Shown here: positions 37,998-52,181 of the stretch, in pieces | Numbering within the stretch: position 1 is the first letter of the stretch | How the letters are laid out: every line of letters starts with the position of its first letter | Assembly: GCF_001194135.2 (NCBI RefSeq) | Contig: NC_068981.1 | Location: 96,551,214-96,615,213, forward strand | From: Octopus bimaculoides | Lineage: Eukaryota | Direction: 5' to 3' | DNA length: 64,000 nucleotides | Program-made: the position numbers and the translations under genes | Notes under the pieces: generated by a model | What the model saw: only the letters and a program-made list of their open reading frames with translations | Told to the model about the DNA's origin: nothing | Database searches by the model: none

Positions 37998-39276
37998 CTG
38001 TTAAAAAGATAAGTAAAATAAATGATGCAATCAAAATGAAAATTAAGTACTGAATAATGGAACTAACAACTAAGAGGAACAGGCTGTTACTATTAAGACA
38101 TTTAAGAGTATAAGAGAATTACAATTAAGAGAAAGAAAAAAATCTGGAGTTAATCAAAACTGAAAGTAAAGAAAAAATAAATTAATAAAAAGGAAAAAAG
38201 AAAACTATATGAAGTCCTAGTTTTAACATGAAGAAAGATATGATAACCCTAATGAACAACAACTAATGAAAAGAAAGTATACTTTTATTTGGCATAAAAT
38301 TTGTTCTGAACATCTATCTATACAACTGTTCTTATGCCCGAGTCCAAGAATATCCCTTCACTTAAGACTACACCTAAAAACAAAGCCCTCTGATTAGATG
38401 ACAAGTGTACACTTCATTGTGTCAACCATTGTGTATTACTAAGTACATCTTTTAATCACTGAGAAAATATAAAAAAAAGGGGAAAATTACTTCTGCAAGA
38501 GATACCAACACCACCTTTAAATAGCCTTATTTCCAAGAATTACATTGTTTTGAAACTACCTTGTCTGCCCACAAATCACCAGATTTATACCCAACTCTAG
38601 CCCACAATAAACAATCTTATCTCAACTTCACTTAATAACTTGTTTGAATCATCTAGAACATCATCAGAGTAACTATTGCATTTCAACTGCAACCAATTTT
38701 TCTATGGGCAAGGAAGCCACAACTAAATTATCAAACATATTCCTTATTAAAACAGTAGGTATGACTTGAAGGAAATCTGGGTGCTACTTTTAGCAGGTCA
38801 AGAAACTATCTGAAGACCCCTCCTCATTTACTCTTTTAGAAGAATAGTTTGCAATAACAGCATTATAACAGCTTAGATAGTTACAGCTGGTTTATGACAA
38901 GTCTTGCAAGGTTTTCAACAAACATCTGCAAAACTTAAGTTCTGAAAGATACTCATACACTATAATTAGTGATAAGGTTATCATAAAAGGCCAATTAGGT
39001 TAATGACATCAAAAACAAATTGCTGATTATTTGTACCATGATTACAATAAAACATAACACATAGCAACCATAAAGTGTTTAGTTAACATTGGTTACTAAT
39101 AATCACTTGACTGACCACTTCTATGTCTTGTTTTTTATGTACATGGAACCTAAGTAAAAGTACTAACTGCTATATGCTTTAATTTTTTTTAGAGGAATTG
39201 CTTTATATTTTATATTGTTATATGAGAACAACAGCGTCACTAATTACAGGTTTATATATATATATATATATATAAT

Positions 39277-39640
39277 ATTTGTAAACAACCCTGAAGGCTG
39301 GATAAGTTACGGAGAAAGAGCAACTACAAGTCTTTTTTATACAATAATAACTATATAATACTAATAATATATATACTCTGATTAAAGTGACATTATCAAA
39401 ACAATTGACTAACCATCAGATGCATGTGGAGCCATGATAGTGTTGATATATGGGTTTGATTCTAACCTGAGCCAGCTCATCATTTTTCAGTCAGTTGTTT
39501 AGATAATGTCACTTTAATCAGAGTAAATGTATTATTATTATTATTATGATATATTATTATATAGCTATTATTGTATAAAAAAGACTTGTGTAGTTGCTCT
39601 TTCTCCATAACTTGTCAAGCCTCTGTGTTTGTTTACAAAT
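39277..39640. mobile_element. Foldback/MITE-like element with ~135-150-bp inverted arms
   Basis: 39277-39410 matches the reverse complement of 39489-39640 (ggagaaagagcaactac..., ctctgattaaagtgacattatc...). A partial direct copy lies at 39720-39850. Confidence 0.8.
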
Positions 39641-39851
39641 GTTATATGTAGTACTAGACAGTTAAGTATCTATACATAAAGTTTGACTGAAATTTATGAA
39701 TGAGTCTTCTGGCTCAATTGGATGCGCATGGAGCCATGTTAGCGTTGATATGTGGGTTCAATTCTAGCCTGGGTTACCTCATCATTTTTCAGTCAATTGT
39801 TTAGATAATATTGCTTTAATTGGAGTATATATATAATTATATAGTTATTAT

Positions 39852-40320
<469 letters not shown>

Positions 40321-43103
40321 ATATATATAAACAAAGTCAAACGCTAATTGAAGGCTCACTCAATACTACTAAGTATGAGTATAATATACATTTTTATTTT
40401 TAAAAAGGAAAAGTTCAGCAAGACCTGGTTCAGTCACCATCATCAATCAGTCTGACAAAGAAAACTTAGCTGGAACTTCAAACACTGTTAACCTTTTCCT
40501 TATAAAAATTATGCACATACATATATACATACATACATGCATGTATGTATGCATGCATAATTTTTATAAGCCTAGAAAACAAACTCATTACATCTTAGCT
40601 GTACTAACTAGACACTCCTAATTAAACATATTCTTATGCATATAGTACCATCTTTCACTCCTCGATTTCTTCTTTCACAAGGATATCATCGACATGTAAC
40701 CAAGACACTTCATGCTAGATATTGAAAAGGCACTTTGAAAACATCTTCCACACTGGAGGAGGCTTTCAACCTGGTCCACTTCTACAGAATTAAAAAACAC
40801 AAAGCCACTACACATACACCTAAACAAAACGGCATTAAATACCCTTTTCGGTTATGAACAAGTCACAGCTAAAACTTTCACAAACCTAACAAATGCTACA
40901 CTTCACATTAACTACTGATTTCTCATGATGACCACACAGCTATAGCAGTCAAAACTGCATGCCAAAGGAGACATTTTCTCTTCAGAGCCAGAAACTAATG
41001 AACAGCTGCTGGTTATATGAGGCACAGTTGTTTGTCACACTAGAACACTGCTCATATATCTAAGACAGAGCAGCTGTTACATAGACAAACAATCAGGCTG
41101 CATTGACAAAAAAAAAAAGAAATCCACCCAACTATTCAGTAAACCTGCACTTAACACTTACACTCACTACTACTACTATTACTGTGAACCCACTGACATG
41201 GCTGTGAACTCTCATTCTTTCCTTTATTATTCCTACAAAGATTCCCACTCCTCCAGCCTAGGAACTGTCTCACAAACACACAAGCTAACCTGATCCCTTG
41301 ATTCTCCTTCACTCGTCATCTCTACTTTGTCTTACACTATAGAATTCACCTGAACTTATATCTCTAGACCTGTAACATGCAGAAACATCTTCACCATGTC
41401 AAAAAATAAAAAAACAAAGAAAACAAAGAAAATACCATAATTACTATAGACTGGTACCCTTGGGGAAAATGTCTTATTCTGCTTGCTTTCATCTACTTCT
41501 AGCAAGATGCTCATTCTATCCCAAATACTTCCTCTACCATATGTATTTTCTACAAATTCACAGCACACTCAAAATGCAGCATAAATGCATTGCATACCTA
41601 TGCTAATATAACACAATGCTGTACTTGAGAAGACCCACACACCACAACAGAATTGAGATCCTAAAACCAAGGTGCCACATAAAAAGCATTGATGCGGGTG
41701 CTGGTACCATATAAAAAGTACCAAGTACACTTTGTAGAGTGGTTGGCATTAGGAAGAACATCCAACTGTGGAAACCAAGCCAAAACAGACTATGGAACCT
41801 AGTGAAGCCACTGGCCTGTTCCTGTCAAGCTGTCCAATCCACACCAGCATGGAAAACAGATGTTAAATGCCGTTGTTGATGATGATGATGAAAGCCTTTG
41901 GAGCCACATCTAATCTCAAAGCCATACAATATGCAGACTTTACATAAGCTCAACTATATCCTCTATGGATGTTGTATTTTGCTGCAGTAGTTTTATATAC
42001 TATAATCACAAGAACATAAACGTAATAAATCATCATCATTTAACATCTGCTTTCCATGCTGGCATGGGTTGAACAGTTTGACAGGTGCTGGCAAGGCTGG
42101 AAGCCACACCAAGTCCCACTATCTGTTTTGGCATGGTTTCTACAGCTGGATGCCCTTCCTAACACCAACAAATCACTTTACAGAGTGTACTGGCTGCTTT
42201 TTGCATGGCACCAGCACCAAAGAGTCACCAAGTACTTTGCAAGACAAAAAAAAACCCACCCAACTAGGAGTGGGGAGTAGTATTGAGGGATGTGTGGATT
42301 TGTGCCAGGAATAGGAAGGCTTTCATATAGATAGTAGAAGAATAAATAAGGAAAAGACAGTTCACATAGTAACCAACATGATTGTATAGTTAAGAAGCAA
42401 ATTATATAAATAACTCTGGTATTTCCATCAAAAACCCGGACACATATCTGGAAAATTCTGGAATTATAGCACGATTATGTGAATAAAAAAGTTGAATATA
42501 GGGATAACAAATTTAAACCTGAGAATAATCATTGCACATTGTATGATCATAAGAGGAAGAATAAAATGTAGAATCAACCTCACTAATCTCAATAATGACA
42601 ATGAAACCCAGTAGAATTAGATTATATAAAAGAAATGTCATATGGTTTAACACATCCTTTGAAATTCAGATGAACTTGGATATCCCAGGAATATTTTTAC
42701 AGCATTGGAAATGCTTTTTCCCTATTCTGGTAGATATAGAAAGATACTTAATTGACATGCCATAAAATTTGCATACTCCACTACACCTAATCTAGTAGAT
42801 AATACAACAGCAATTAACAGAAGGAAATTAAATAACATTAGTAATAAAATGTACCTTTAATCAGTCAGGTAGCAAATACCAATCTATGTCTACTACAAAT
42901 ATTACATCTTTATCTGGATTAAATGAAGATAATAATACTGCAGTATCTCCTCATAGTAACAACTTGAAGACCAATGAAATTATTTATAAGGCCCTTTCTG
43001 GTAACATAAACTCAATAATATGTGTAACAGTAGTAATGTCTTAGGAATAATTTAATATATAAATGCTCTTTTAAAACACCTATTAAAGTTCATTATTTCA
43101 CAG

Positions 43104-43475
43104 GTGTGAAAATTCATCAGCTTGTGTACGAGGATTATTGGAGGACAATTAATGTCATTGCTGATGTTGTTAGTCTGTCATATGGATCTGTACAGGCATT
43201 CCTAACATCTGAATTGAACATGCAGCATGTCTTTGCCAAGTTTGCTCCCCACCTGCTGATCACTGAACAGAAAGAATATTGTGTTGAAGTCTGTCAAGGT
43301 CTCTGTTAGCATGTCACTGAGCTCTCCTTGTTTGCAAGTTTTTTGCCAAAAACAACATGGTATCACTTCTACACTTGCTCTATTCACCAAATTTAGCACC
43401 AGCAGACTTCCATCTCTTCCTCAAGATGAAAATGCAGCTCAAAGGTCACCATTTTAACACCGTTGTTGAGATCAA
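43104..43475 (+). mobile_element. Internally deleted mariner transposase fragment
   Basis: KIHQLVYEDYWRTINVIADVV...FAKFAPHLLITEQK, then LYSPNLAPADFHLFLKMKMQLKG. Confidence 0.8.
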
Positions 43476-43599
43476 GACTCCAGATAAAACCCTCTCCTAA
43501 TGTTATCATGTCGTCTTGGAACATACTATGCCACATTTTCCTTGGCTTTCCACTTGTTCTCTTTCCTCCTCCTTGTGTACACTCTGTCACATACATATA

Positions 43600-46560
43600 C
43601 TTAAGAAACAAGATGTTCTCATCAGACCTCACATTAACATCCTTGATACCCTCTTAGAAAACAAACACAAAAAGATGGAGACACTGATGTGAGTGAGAGA
43701 TGTTCCCCTGGCTTTACAGATCCCCAAGAGAACAAAGATGAAACCATGAATGAGAGACCTGTCAGGGAAAGAGACACCAGCACTAATGGCAATACCACCA
43801 CCAATGTGAAGAGCTGAAGAGACTAAAGAGCAAAAGAAAATGAAGAAAAAAAGAAAACAAAAGCCTCTGAAAACAAACAGGAACAAAACGATGATGATAC
43901 AAATAAAAAAAGAAAAAAAAACAGGTCCCAGGAAGAACAACCAAGGAAAGAAATAAGTTAAGACTGCCCATATGCAAAGGGCTCAATAGTAAAAGAAAAC
44001 TACTGGGACAAGAAAGTCTCTGGACAATAGAAATGAAAAAAGAGAGATCACACACAAGTGTGTAAATTGTATTTGTGTGGTGTCTGCTGATATGGAGATG
44101 ATGGTGCAAACTGCTGTTTCACAGACCCAAAACTATGTCACAGCTGTATGAGGCAGGGCAAAAACTTCCATCCAAAGGGACCAAAAGATAAACAAAGACC
44201 CCAAAGAGGAAAAGGTCATGCACCACCTGCACCAAGACTAAAATACGCAGATGTAGTGTGTACTCTTCCAACAACCAGTTCTATCCAGATGCAGTCATAA
44301 TGGCTGCAGTTAAGTAGCAATCTTTTTTATGCATGGCATAAAGAACGTGCAGCAACAGACTTAGGTGCATCAAATTTAGAGTGGGAGCCACCCCCACCAA
44401 CATATAAGACTACCACTGACATCAACACAGATGTCACACTGATACTCTCACTAAATATTAGTGGACTGTTACAATACAGTAACAGAACCAAAATTCCTGT
44501 CCTGAAAGACCTTGTAGCATGCAATCAAGCTTTATGCATAGCACCCACTAAAATGCATTTAAAACTGGATATCGCAGATGCAGAGATACACATACCAAAG
44601 TATGTTATATTGTGTAACAAACAGAAAAGACAGGAGTCATGGTGGAGTTGCAATGTACATCCACGAAGACCTCATGCCCCAGGTCCTTTTATCATATTCA
44701 AACTCGGTGTGTGATGTACTAATTGTACATATAAGACAACTCAATATAGTTATTTGTATTATTTATTGCCTACTAAGTGCTCCAAATCACAGTGCATTTG
44801 AAGACTGCCTTGCAAAAATATAAACAGTCTTAACCAAATTAGAATAACACATCAGTATACTTCACATAGGAGACTTCAACCTGCCCAGTGTAGGATGGCT
44901 TGAGGGCCTTTTCCTCTCAACAATGATGCGGTGCAAACAAAGACAGGTGGAATCCCTGTTCAACCTCACTGACACATTATACATGGAGCAAGTAGTACTC
45001 CAACCAACCAGGGAAAACAATATAATTGATCTCTGCTTCACAAACAATACAGCACTCATCCATAATGTAAAAGTGACACTAACAGTAAGCTCAGATTACA
45101 ATATAATGACCATATGTGGACTACAAGAATTCACAGACATGCAGCCTATGAGAAGCACCTAAAATTTATCCAATCTGAACTTCCATAAAACAGACTGGAA
45201 ATTGATTGGAAAGGGATCTTCAAACAGGATTGGCCTCAATGTCTCCCCACACTTGACATTGACATGAAACTTAAATCCCACCTGCAAACAACAGTGCTGA
45301 AGATTGAAGGAAATCTGTAGTACTCTCACAGAAAAGAGAGAGCAGGCAAAGAAGCCTGGGTTATAGAAAATATAAAAATTAAACCCTAAAGCCTTCTTTA
45401 AGTTTGCCAAAAGAAACTGCCTTAGTGTGTTGCAGAGTAGGATCATTGCTCCAAAAAGATGACTCCTTCACAGGAAACCCAATGAGGATGAGTGAAACAC
45501 TGAATGAACAATTCAAAAGTATTTTCATCCTTACAGCACATGCAAGTTAGCAAAACTGTAGAGTTCTTTACCACCATAGTTATAAAGAGAGAGGCAGTAA
45601 CAATTGATTACACTGATATAAAAGAATACTGGCAATAGGCAAGATAAACCTAAACTCAACTACTGGCCTTGATGGTTTCCCAGCAATCCTTCTAAAATCA
45701 TATAAACACACCCAAGCAAAACCACAGCAGTCTCTCTTCCAGACAAGTTGAAGGAAGGAACATGTTTATTCATAAAAGAGGTAGTAGAGTGGATGCCAAA
45801 AACTATAGGACTATCTCTCTAACCTTGCATATCAGCAAAATCATGGAACAAATAGTCCATATTCTTTGAAGAAAATGACTTCTTTTACAACAATATGACC
45901 GTGTGTGAAAAAACAGCTGCTTAACCACTCAAATGTGGATGTGATATATCTTGACTTTGCAAAGGCCTATCATGGAATATATCACAACTACCTCAGCATA
46001 GTTGGAAAACTTGAAAAGTGGCTACAAGACATTTTAAAAAATAGAAGTCAGGTAGTGGTGGGCAATGGAGCCACTTCCAAGGAAACACAAATAGTGAGTG
46101 AGGCCCACAGGACACTGTCTTGAGGCCGCTACTATTCATAGTGGTCCTCTCCAATATACCCTCATCCATACAGAGCCATTCTCACAAGTTATGCAGATGA
46201 CACAAAAGTCTCAGAAGTAATACAAAACCCTGAAGATGGCATGCACCTGCAACAAACGTTAGATGCAATATAGAAGCGAGGTGACAACCAATAACATGCT
46301 GTTAAATGCTGGAAAGTTTCAAGCCCTGCACTAACAGCAGACAAAGTTAAATGCAATGCAAAGAACTCTGGACCTAGAAAGATTGCAGTTCCAGAATCAC
46401 AATCAGTGCATGACCTGGTTACTGACAGTTGGCAATGAAATGCAGGCAGCTAGCTAGATGGATTATTAGTACTTTCAGAACAAGGGAGTAAGAAACCATA
46501 ACAATCTTCTTTCTCTAGACAACTTTTGTCCTAAGCCCTCTTGACTATTGTTCCTATGGT
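43600..46560 (+). mobile_element. Decayed two-ORF CR1/Jockey-superclade LINE
   Basis: Cys/His-rich ORF1 remnant (CKLYLCGVC..YGDDGANCCFTDPKLC). Endonuclease motifs SHGGVAMYIHEDL and IGDFNLP. RT motifs DVIYLDFAKAY, PQDTVL..LLFI and YADDTKV. Confidence 0.85.
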
Positions 46561-47919
46561 TACCACACTGCATATGCAAATATGTAATCTACCATTTGAA
46601 TTTCTACTTGGCAAACATTGCATGTTTAAATATCCTTATGACTTCTAGTAAAGTTTATGTTTCATTCTCTTTTATTTTCAGTTAATATTCTTCATTTATT
46701 CATTATTGTTTTTTGATATAAAATGCACATTCTATTAACAACTACTTTGCACTATTTCATCTTATAGCTGTCTGCTTTAAATTTTACATTTTCAACTGTT
46801 GCATGTTTTACCAGTATCTACTAAGGACTAATATTTCATTGCTTGGCATATATATATACATGTGTGCCCCATTCAAATTTCTTACCTCATAACTTCCAGA
46901 AAAAAGCATATTTTTTAATGAAATTTTCTAAAAAATATGCTTCAGATGGTGTAGATTCTGATTATATTGAAATTTGTTGTTAAAAACACTTTTCCATGGA
47001 CAGGGAAGGGGTTTTTGGAAAACTCACACAAGTCAGCTTTGTTTCCACATAACTTTCAGAAAAGTAGGTATTTTTAATGAAATTTTCTACAAATACCTTT
47101 CAGAGTGTGTAGATTACAATTATATCAGAATTTGATATCAAAAAAATTAAAAAATTGCTCACAGACGTACATACTGACACACATCACATACACCTATAAA
47201 ATGAAACCTGAAATTTCAAAAACAAATTGTGATGTACATCAGTATGTATGTGTGTTTGCTCAACATTTTCCTTTTCACAGTAAATTCCAAAATAATTGTA
47301 ATTTACATATTCTGAGAGGCATTTATAGAAAATTTCATTTTTACAAATACCCATTAACAGAATAGTGCTCATATAAATTTGAACTGCAAATTCTTCATCC
47401 AGGAGTAGTCCCAGTGTCAAAAGTGGCTATTAGAGAACTTCAAGGAGAGCCGATTTTCTTAGTATTCAGTATTTTTTATACTCTATATAAATATATTTAT
47501 ATACATGTAGGTATATGTATATATGTAAAGCCTAATTGTGTTTATCTGCATGTAAATTTTAACTATATATAATATATATACCTTTTTAATTTGTTTATGG
47601 GAAACTTTTTGAATAAGCAAAGCTCCTATTCCATTATACCAGCTACAGTCTATAGATGCTGACTGATGAACCAGTTTTTTGGGGTTGCATCAAGCTGTAC
47701 ATATATAATGTAGGATAAATATAGTAATAATAAATATAATGCTTTGATGGAATTTATAAATATTCTAATGCATCACTACGCACATTTCCATATGTGATTC
47801 GTGGAAATGTGTAACGATGTATTAAAATATCTATAAGCTCTATCCTTGGATTGTTATCTCATATTCATATAACTGTGTGAGAGATTGCAGAGAGGTGAAA
47901 TGTATCATACACAACAATT

Positions 47920-48570
47920 ATAAAAATGGATTGTCTACAATAACATCAATTGAAAACAATCATGGTCCAAGTGTAATGAACCAGCACAAACAATATTGAA
48001 AGTTGAATCGTATCAAAAAAAAAAAAAAGGTCATGCTGTCAATTTGGTGGGATTACAAAGGTGTTGTGTATTTTGAGCTGCTTCCAAGGAACCAAATGAT
48101 CAATTCAGATGTTACTGTCAACAACTAATGAAACTGGAGGAAGCAATCAAAGAAAAATGGCCAGAATTGGCAAATCGTAAAGGCATCGTGTTCCACCATG
48201 ACCACGCTAGACCACACATATCTTTGCTAACTCGTGAAAAATTATTGGAGCTTGGTTGGGAAGTGACATCATATCCACAATATAGCCCTGACCTTGCACC
48301 ATCAGATTACCATTTACTTCGAAGTTTGCAAAATTCTTTGAATAAAACTTTCAATAATGATGACGACCTGAAATCGCACTTGCTTCAGTTTTTGGCTGAT
48401 AAGGACCAGAAGTTCTGAGCACGGAATCATGAAGTTGATAGAACGATGGCAAAAAGTCATCAAACAAAATGGAAAATATATAATTGATTAAAGTACATTC
48501 TTTGCATGAAAAAAAAATGACTTTTATTTCACACTAAAAAACCGAAATTACTTTCTTCCCAACAAAAAAT
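47920..48570 (+). mobile_element. Mariner transposase 3' half with right TIR
   Basis: KWIVYNN, VMLSIWWDYKGVVYFELL and ORF 48128..48418 (VFHHDHARPH, YSPDLAPSDYHL); terminal ccgaaattactttcttcccaac. Confidence 0.9.
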
Positions 48571-50166
48571 ATATATATATACATACACCATAAAACCTCA
48601 TAAAACTAGAAAGACTTCAATTAATATCCTAGCATAATAAAACTACCAATGAAGCAATCATGTAATATCAATATATACAATAAAACTAAGAACAAAACCA
48701 CCATATACCAACCTAATGAGAATGAAGGACAACTCAAAATAACAAGATCGAAGATAAAAAAGATTCACAGACAACAAGTATATGAAATATATATTCCCAT
48801 CCTCAGCTGCCTAATAAATATCATTATGGTTTCAACACCTGGTCAGTACCTCTCAAACTGGCAGTATCAACAGCATGAAAAACATAAAAATTGCCCGGGA
48901 ATAAGCAGACAAGCAGGAATGAAACAGTACATGTCCACTACATACATGTGTATATGTGTATGTGTACATACACACACATATATACATATTTTTATACACC
49001 CATAGTTATATGCACACACATTTACATACGCATAAATGCAGATTATATATACACACATGCACAGATATGTATTTGCATGTATATGTATGCATATACATGT
49101 AAGTATATATATATGTATATACATCTCTCTCTCTCTCATGGTGTCAAAGCCTGAAGTAATTATTGGGTTAATGGATTTGCATAAAACTGAACTAACTTCA
49201 TTTTGACGATATATAAAATGTAACATCAAATGCATTTCAAGTGTTTGTATGAAGCAAGATCACATACAAGAATTTTTTCTTCAGCAAACAAAATCTTAGC
49301 ACATTTTTGATTTTTGTTTTAACCCCTATTCCAGCCTTTCTTACTTACCCAACAATCATATCAAAATCTCAAAACTATGGGATAATGCATGATTATTTTT
49401 TTTTTAATGTGAATACATAAGCATTACATTTGACAGATTAATCTGAAAGCTAAAGGATTAAGTATTTACTGTTTTTATTGCTAATTTATGTTTCAGTCAC
49501 CAGATTAATCATTTCAAAAATATTTTCCTAAATTCTTCATTATTTTCAAAACTAATTGAAATGAAGGCAGTGTCTTTTAATGGTAATGAAAGGGTTAAAA
49601 GTCCCAAAGGCACAGCTCTCGCCTTTTAAGATTAAATGTCAATAGGTTAGGGACCTAAAGTGCAGCCTGATGATTATGTATATTATATATCAGTGGTCTA
49701 ATTAAAAATATAGGGTTTGATACTATAAATTGACCTGTCAGAATTGGACTTGAAGATCTTTGTACCTATTTCACAGCCTTGATTTTACCAAGGAAATAAT
49801 ACATATCAAAATGAAACAGAATTATAATCTTTGAAACACCTATTATTTATAAGTACCCAAATATTTGTGTTTTGTATGATAGGATTATACTAATGTGAAA
49901 GACGTTGGCATAAAAAGGAAAGTGAGCCAATTCATAATAAAATGGAAGCAAAAAAGTGAAGTGCTTAATTTCTGAATATATACAGATACTTTTTCTATCG
50001 CAGACAAGTAAAATAAAAAGACTAAAAAGAGATATTTCAGAGGTTGGTTCCTTGGAAGATATTACAAAATAAATAAAAATAATATTAATGACAAAATTAT
50101 AAAATAAATTTTTAAATTATTATAAAACAAAATTAGATTTCATGTACACATAAATTCAGATATTAC

Positions 50167-50208
50167 CTATTTTTTTCCAATTTGTTGTGAACCTCACGTG
50201 TTCCGGCC
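50167..50208 (-). CDS. MNT: MNT coding exon 3 (42 nt, basic region)
   Basis: tttcag|G GCC GGA ACA CGT GAG GTT CAC AAC AAA TTG GAA AAA AAT AG|gtaata = AGTREVHNKLEKNR, the MNT basic-region signature (GTREVHNKLEKNRR). Too short for the ORF track. Confidence 0.96.
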
Positions 50209-50257
50209 CTGAAATTAACAGTAGCAAATTAAGTAAAAGAAATATTTTTATAAAACA

Positions 50258-50288
<31 letters not shown>

Positions 50289-50886
50289 GCTGAGTAATAA
50301 AAAAAAAAAGAATCCCCCACAAAAAATATATAAATAAAATTGTAATTAGTCATTATGAGCTACATGTTTAACATTTGAGCAGAGGAAATATTAAACTAAT
50401 TCAACAAGAGGATTTATTTACATAATGTAAACAGATTAGTCATTAATGCTTCATGCAATAAACATTGGCTACATACAAAAAATTCAGTGTTTCTAAAAGA
50501 TAGTTACTAAACCAAAGAAGTTATCTATACAACCAAAGAATCTTTTCTATCAAGATGTCAACTCTAAGTATATATGGTTTATAACAGAATTTAGTTGATA
50601 CCAGAATCTCTCAGAAACTATATAAGATACATATTTCAAGATGGCTTAGTTTCAGTTAACGGTCTACTAATAATGTTAATTATCTGTATTAATATAATCA
50701 TGAATCACATGATCTATTAAATCTTTAATTGTTAGTAGAACTAATTAGGGAAATAAAACAATGAGTAAACAAATAACATCTCAAAAGGTTTGCTAGGATT
50801 TCTTTTGCTTCAGAATGAAACTCTTTTTGAGAAGTGAGAAAATTGATATTTGACCTTTATGATAGAAACCATCAGAAACTAATATA

Positions 50887-52181
50887 CAGGGTAGGGCAGA
50901 GAGGATGGATGTTTTTAAAATGGCTATTACTCAGCCCCAGGGGGAGGGACATATGCTAAACAGGTACCATTCGGTCAGTGATATCTTAGCATTTCTTTTT
51001 CTTTTCAGGTGAAGCCATGACATTATGGACAATAGAGCATCACATGTTTGTCTACTACAGTTACATGAAGAATAACGAGGCTGTCATAGCAGTTCAGCGT
51101 GAGTTTTGGTACCACTTCAACATTCACCGAAATCAGGCTGTTCCCACCCGTAACACAATCTTACGTTGGGTGAATGCACTTCATACACGAGGTACACTTA
51201 TGAATATGAGACTGGTTGAGGTACCACATATGGTGCAAACTCCGGAAAATGTAGAACATGTCAGACAAGTTTTGATACAGAGTCCAAATCGCTCTGCTTG
51301 GAGGCATTCCACTGAACTTGGCATTGGTAATCAATCAGTAAGGCATATTTTGCATGAAGACCTGAATTTCCACCCATGCAAATTGGTCATTGGGCAACAG
51401 TTGAAACCATGGGACTATGCACAGTGGCTTAACTTCACACATCAGATGAAAGCAATTTTTGAGGCAAATGACAACTTCATTTTGCTAATGAGTGATGAAG
51501 CTCATTTTCATTTCAGTGGCATGGTGAATCAACAGAACTGTCGTTATTGGGCTCTTGAAAATCTGAGAGAACTATGCGAAAGACCACTGCGCAGCCCAAA
51601 AGTGATGGTCTGGTGTACAGTTGGAAAAGCTGTCGTCGTTAGTCCTTACTTTTTTGAAAACAATAATGGAAATGCTGTTTCTGTGAACTCTGAGAGTTAC
51701 ATTGAGATGATAAACAACTTCTTTGTGCCTGAATTATGAAAACATATGATAACAAAAGGATTAAGAGTAAACATGTTTGTGGAACACCCAGCCACTCACA
51801 TGCTTATTCAATAAGCAGGTAGTTCAGCTGATCAAACAACTGAATACTTAGTCATTGAAACCAATGGAGATCCATTACTGTATGCATAGTGTGACTGCAT
51901 AATTCAACTAGATAAATCTACATATTTGAAGGAAGCTATTTGTGTGGAAGACACCCAAATCAACAAAGCAATGCTGGAGAGAGTGGAGGCCAATTTCCAA
52001 GAACGCATTCAGAAATGCACCAATGAAAATGGACCCCACATGATGGATGTTGTTTTCCACACTTGATTATGACAAATGCTAATTCAATGCAAACACATTG
52101 ATGTCAATAAAATTTGTTGGAGGCTAAAATTAATGATCTTGTGAATTTTTCAAAAATGTCCGTCCTCTCTGTCCCGACTTG
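50887..52181 (+). mobile_element. Tc1/mariner superfamily element (DUF4817-type N-terminus, DD37D/rosa-like)
   Basis: TA|cagggtagggcagagaggatggatgttttt ... aaaaatgtccgtcctctctgtcccgacttg|TA. ORF 51017..51739 carries AVQREF, SDEAHFHFSGMVNQQNCRYW and PKVMVWC motifs. The second and third catalytic Asp region is absent. Confidence 0.92.
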
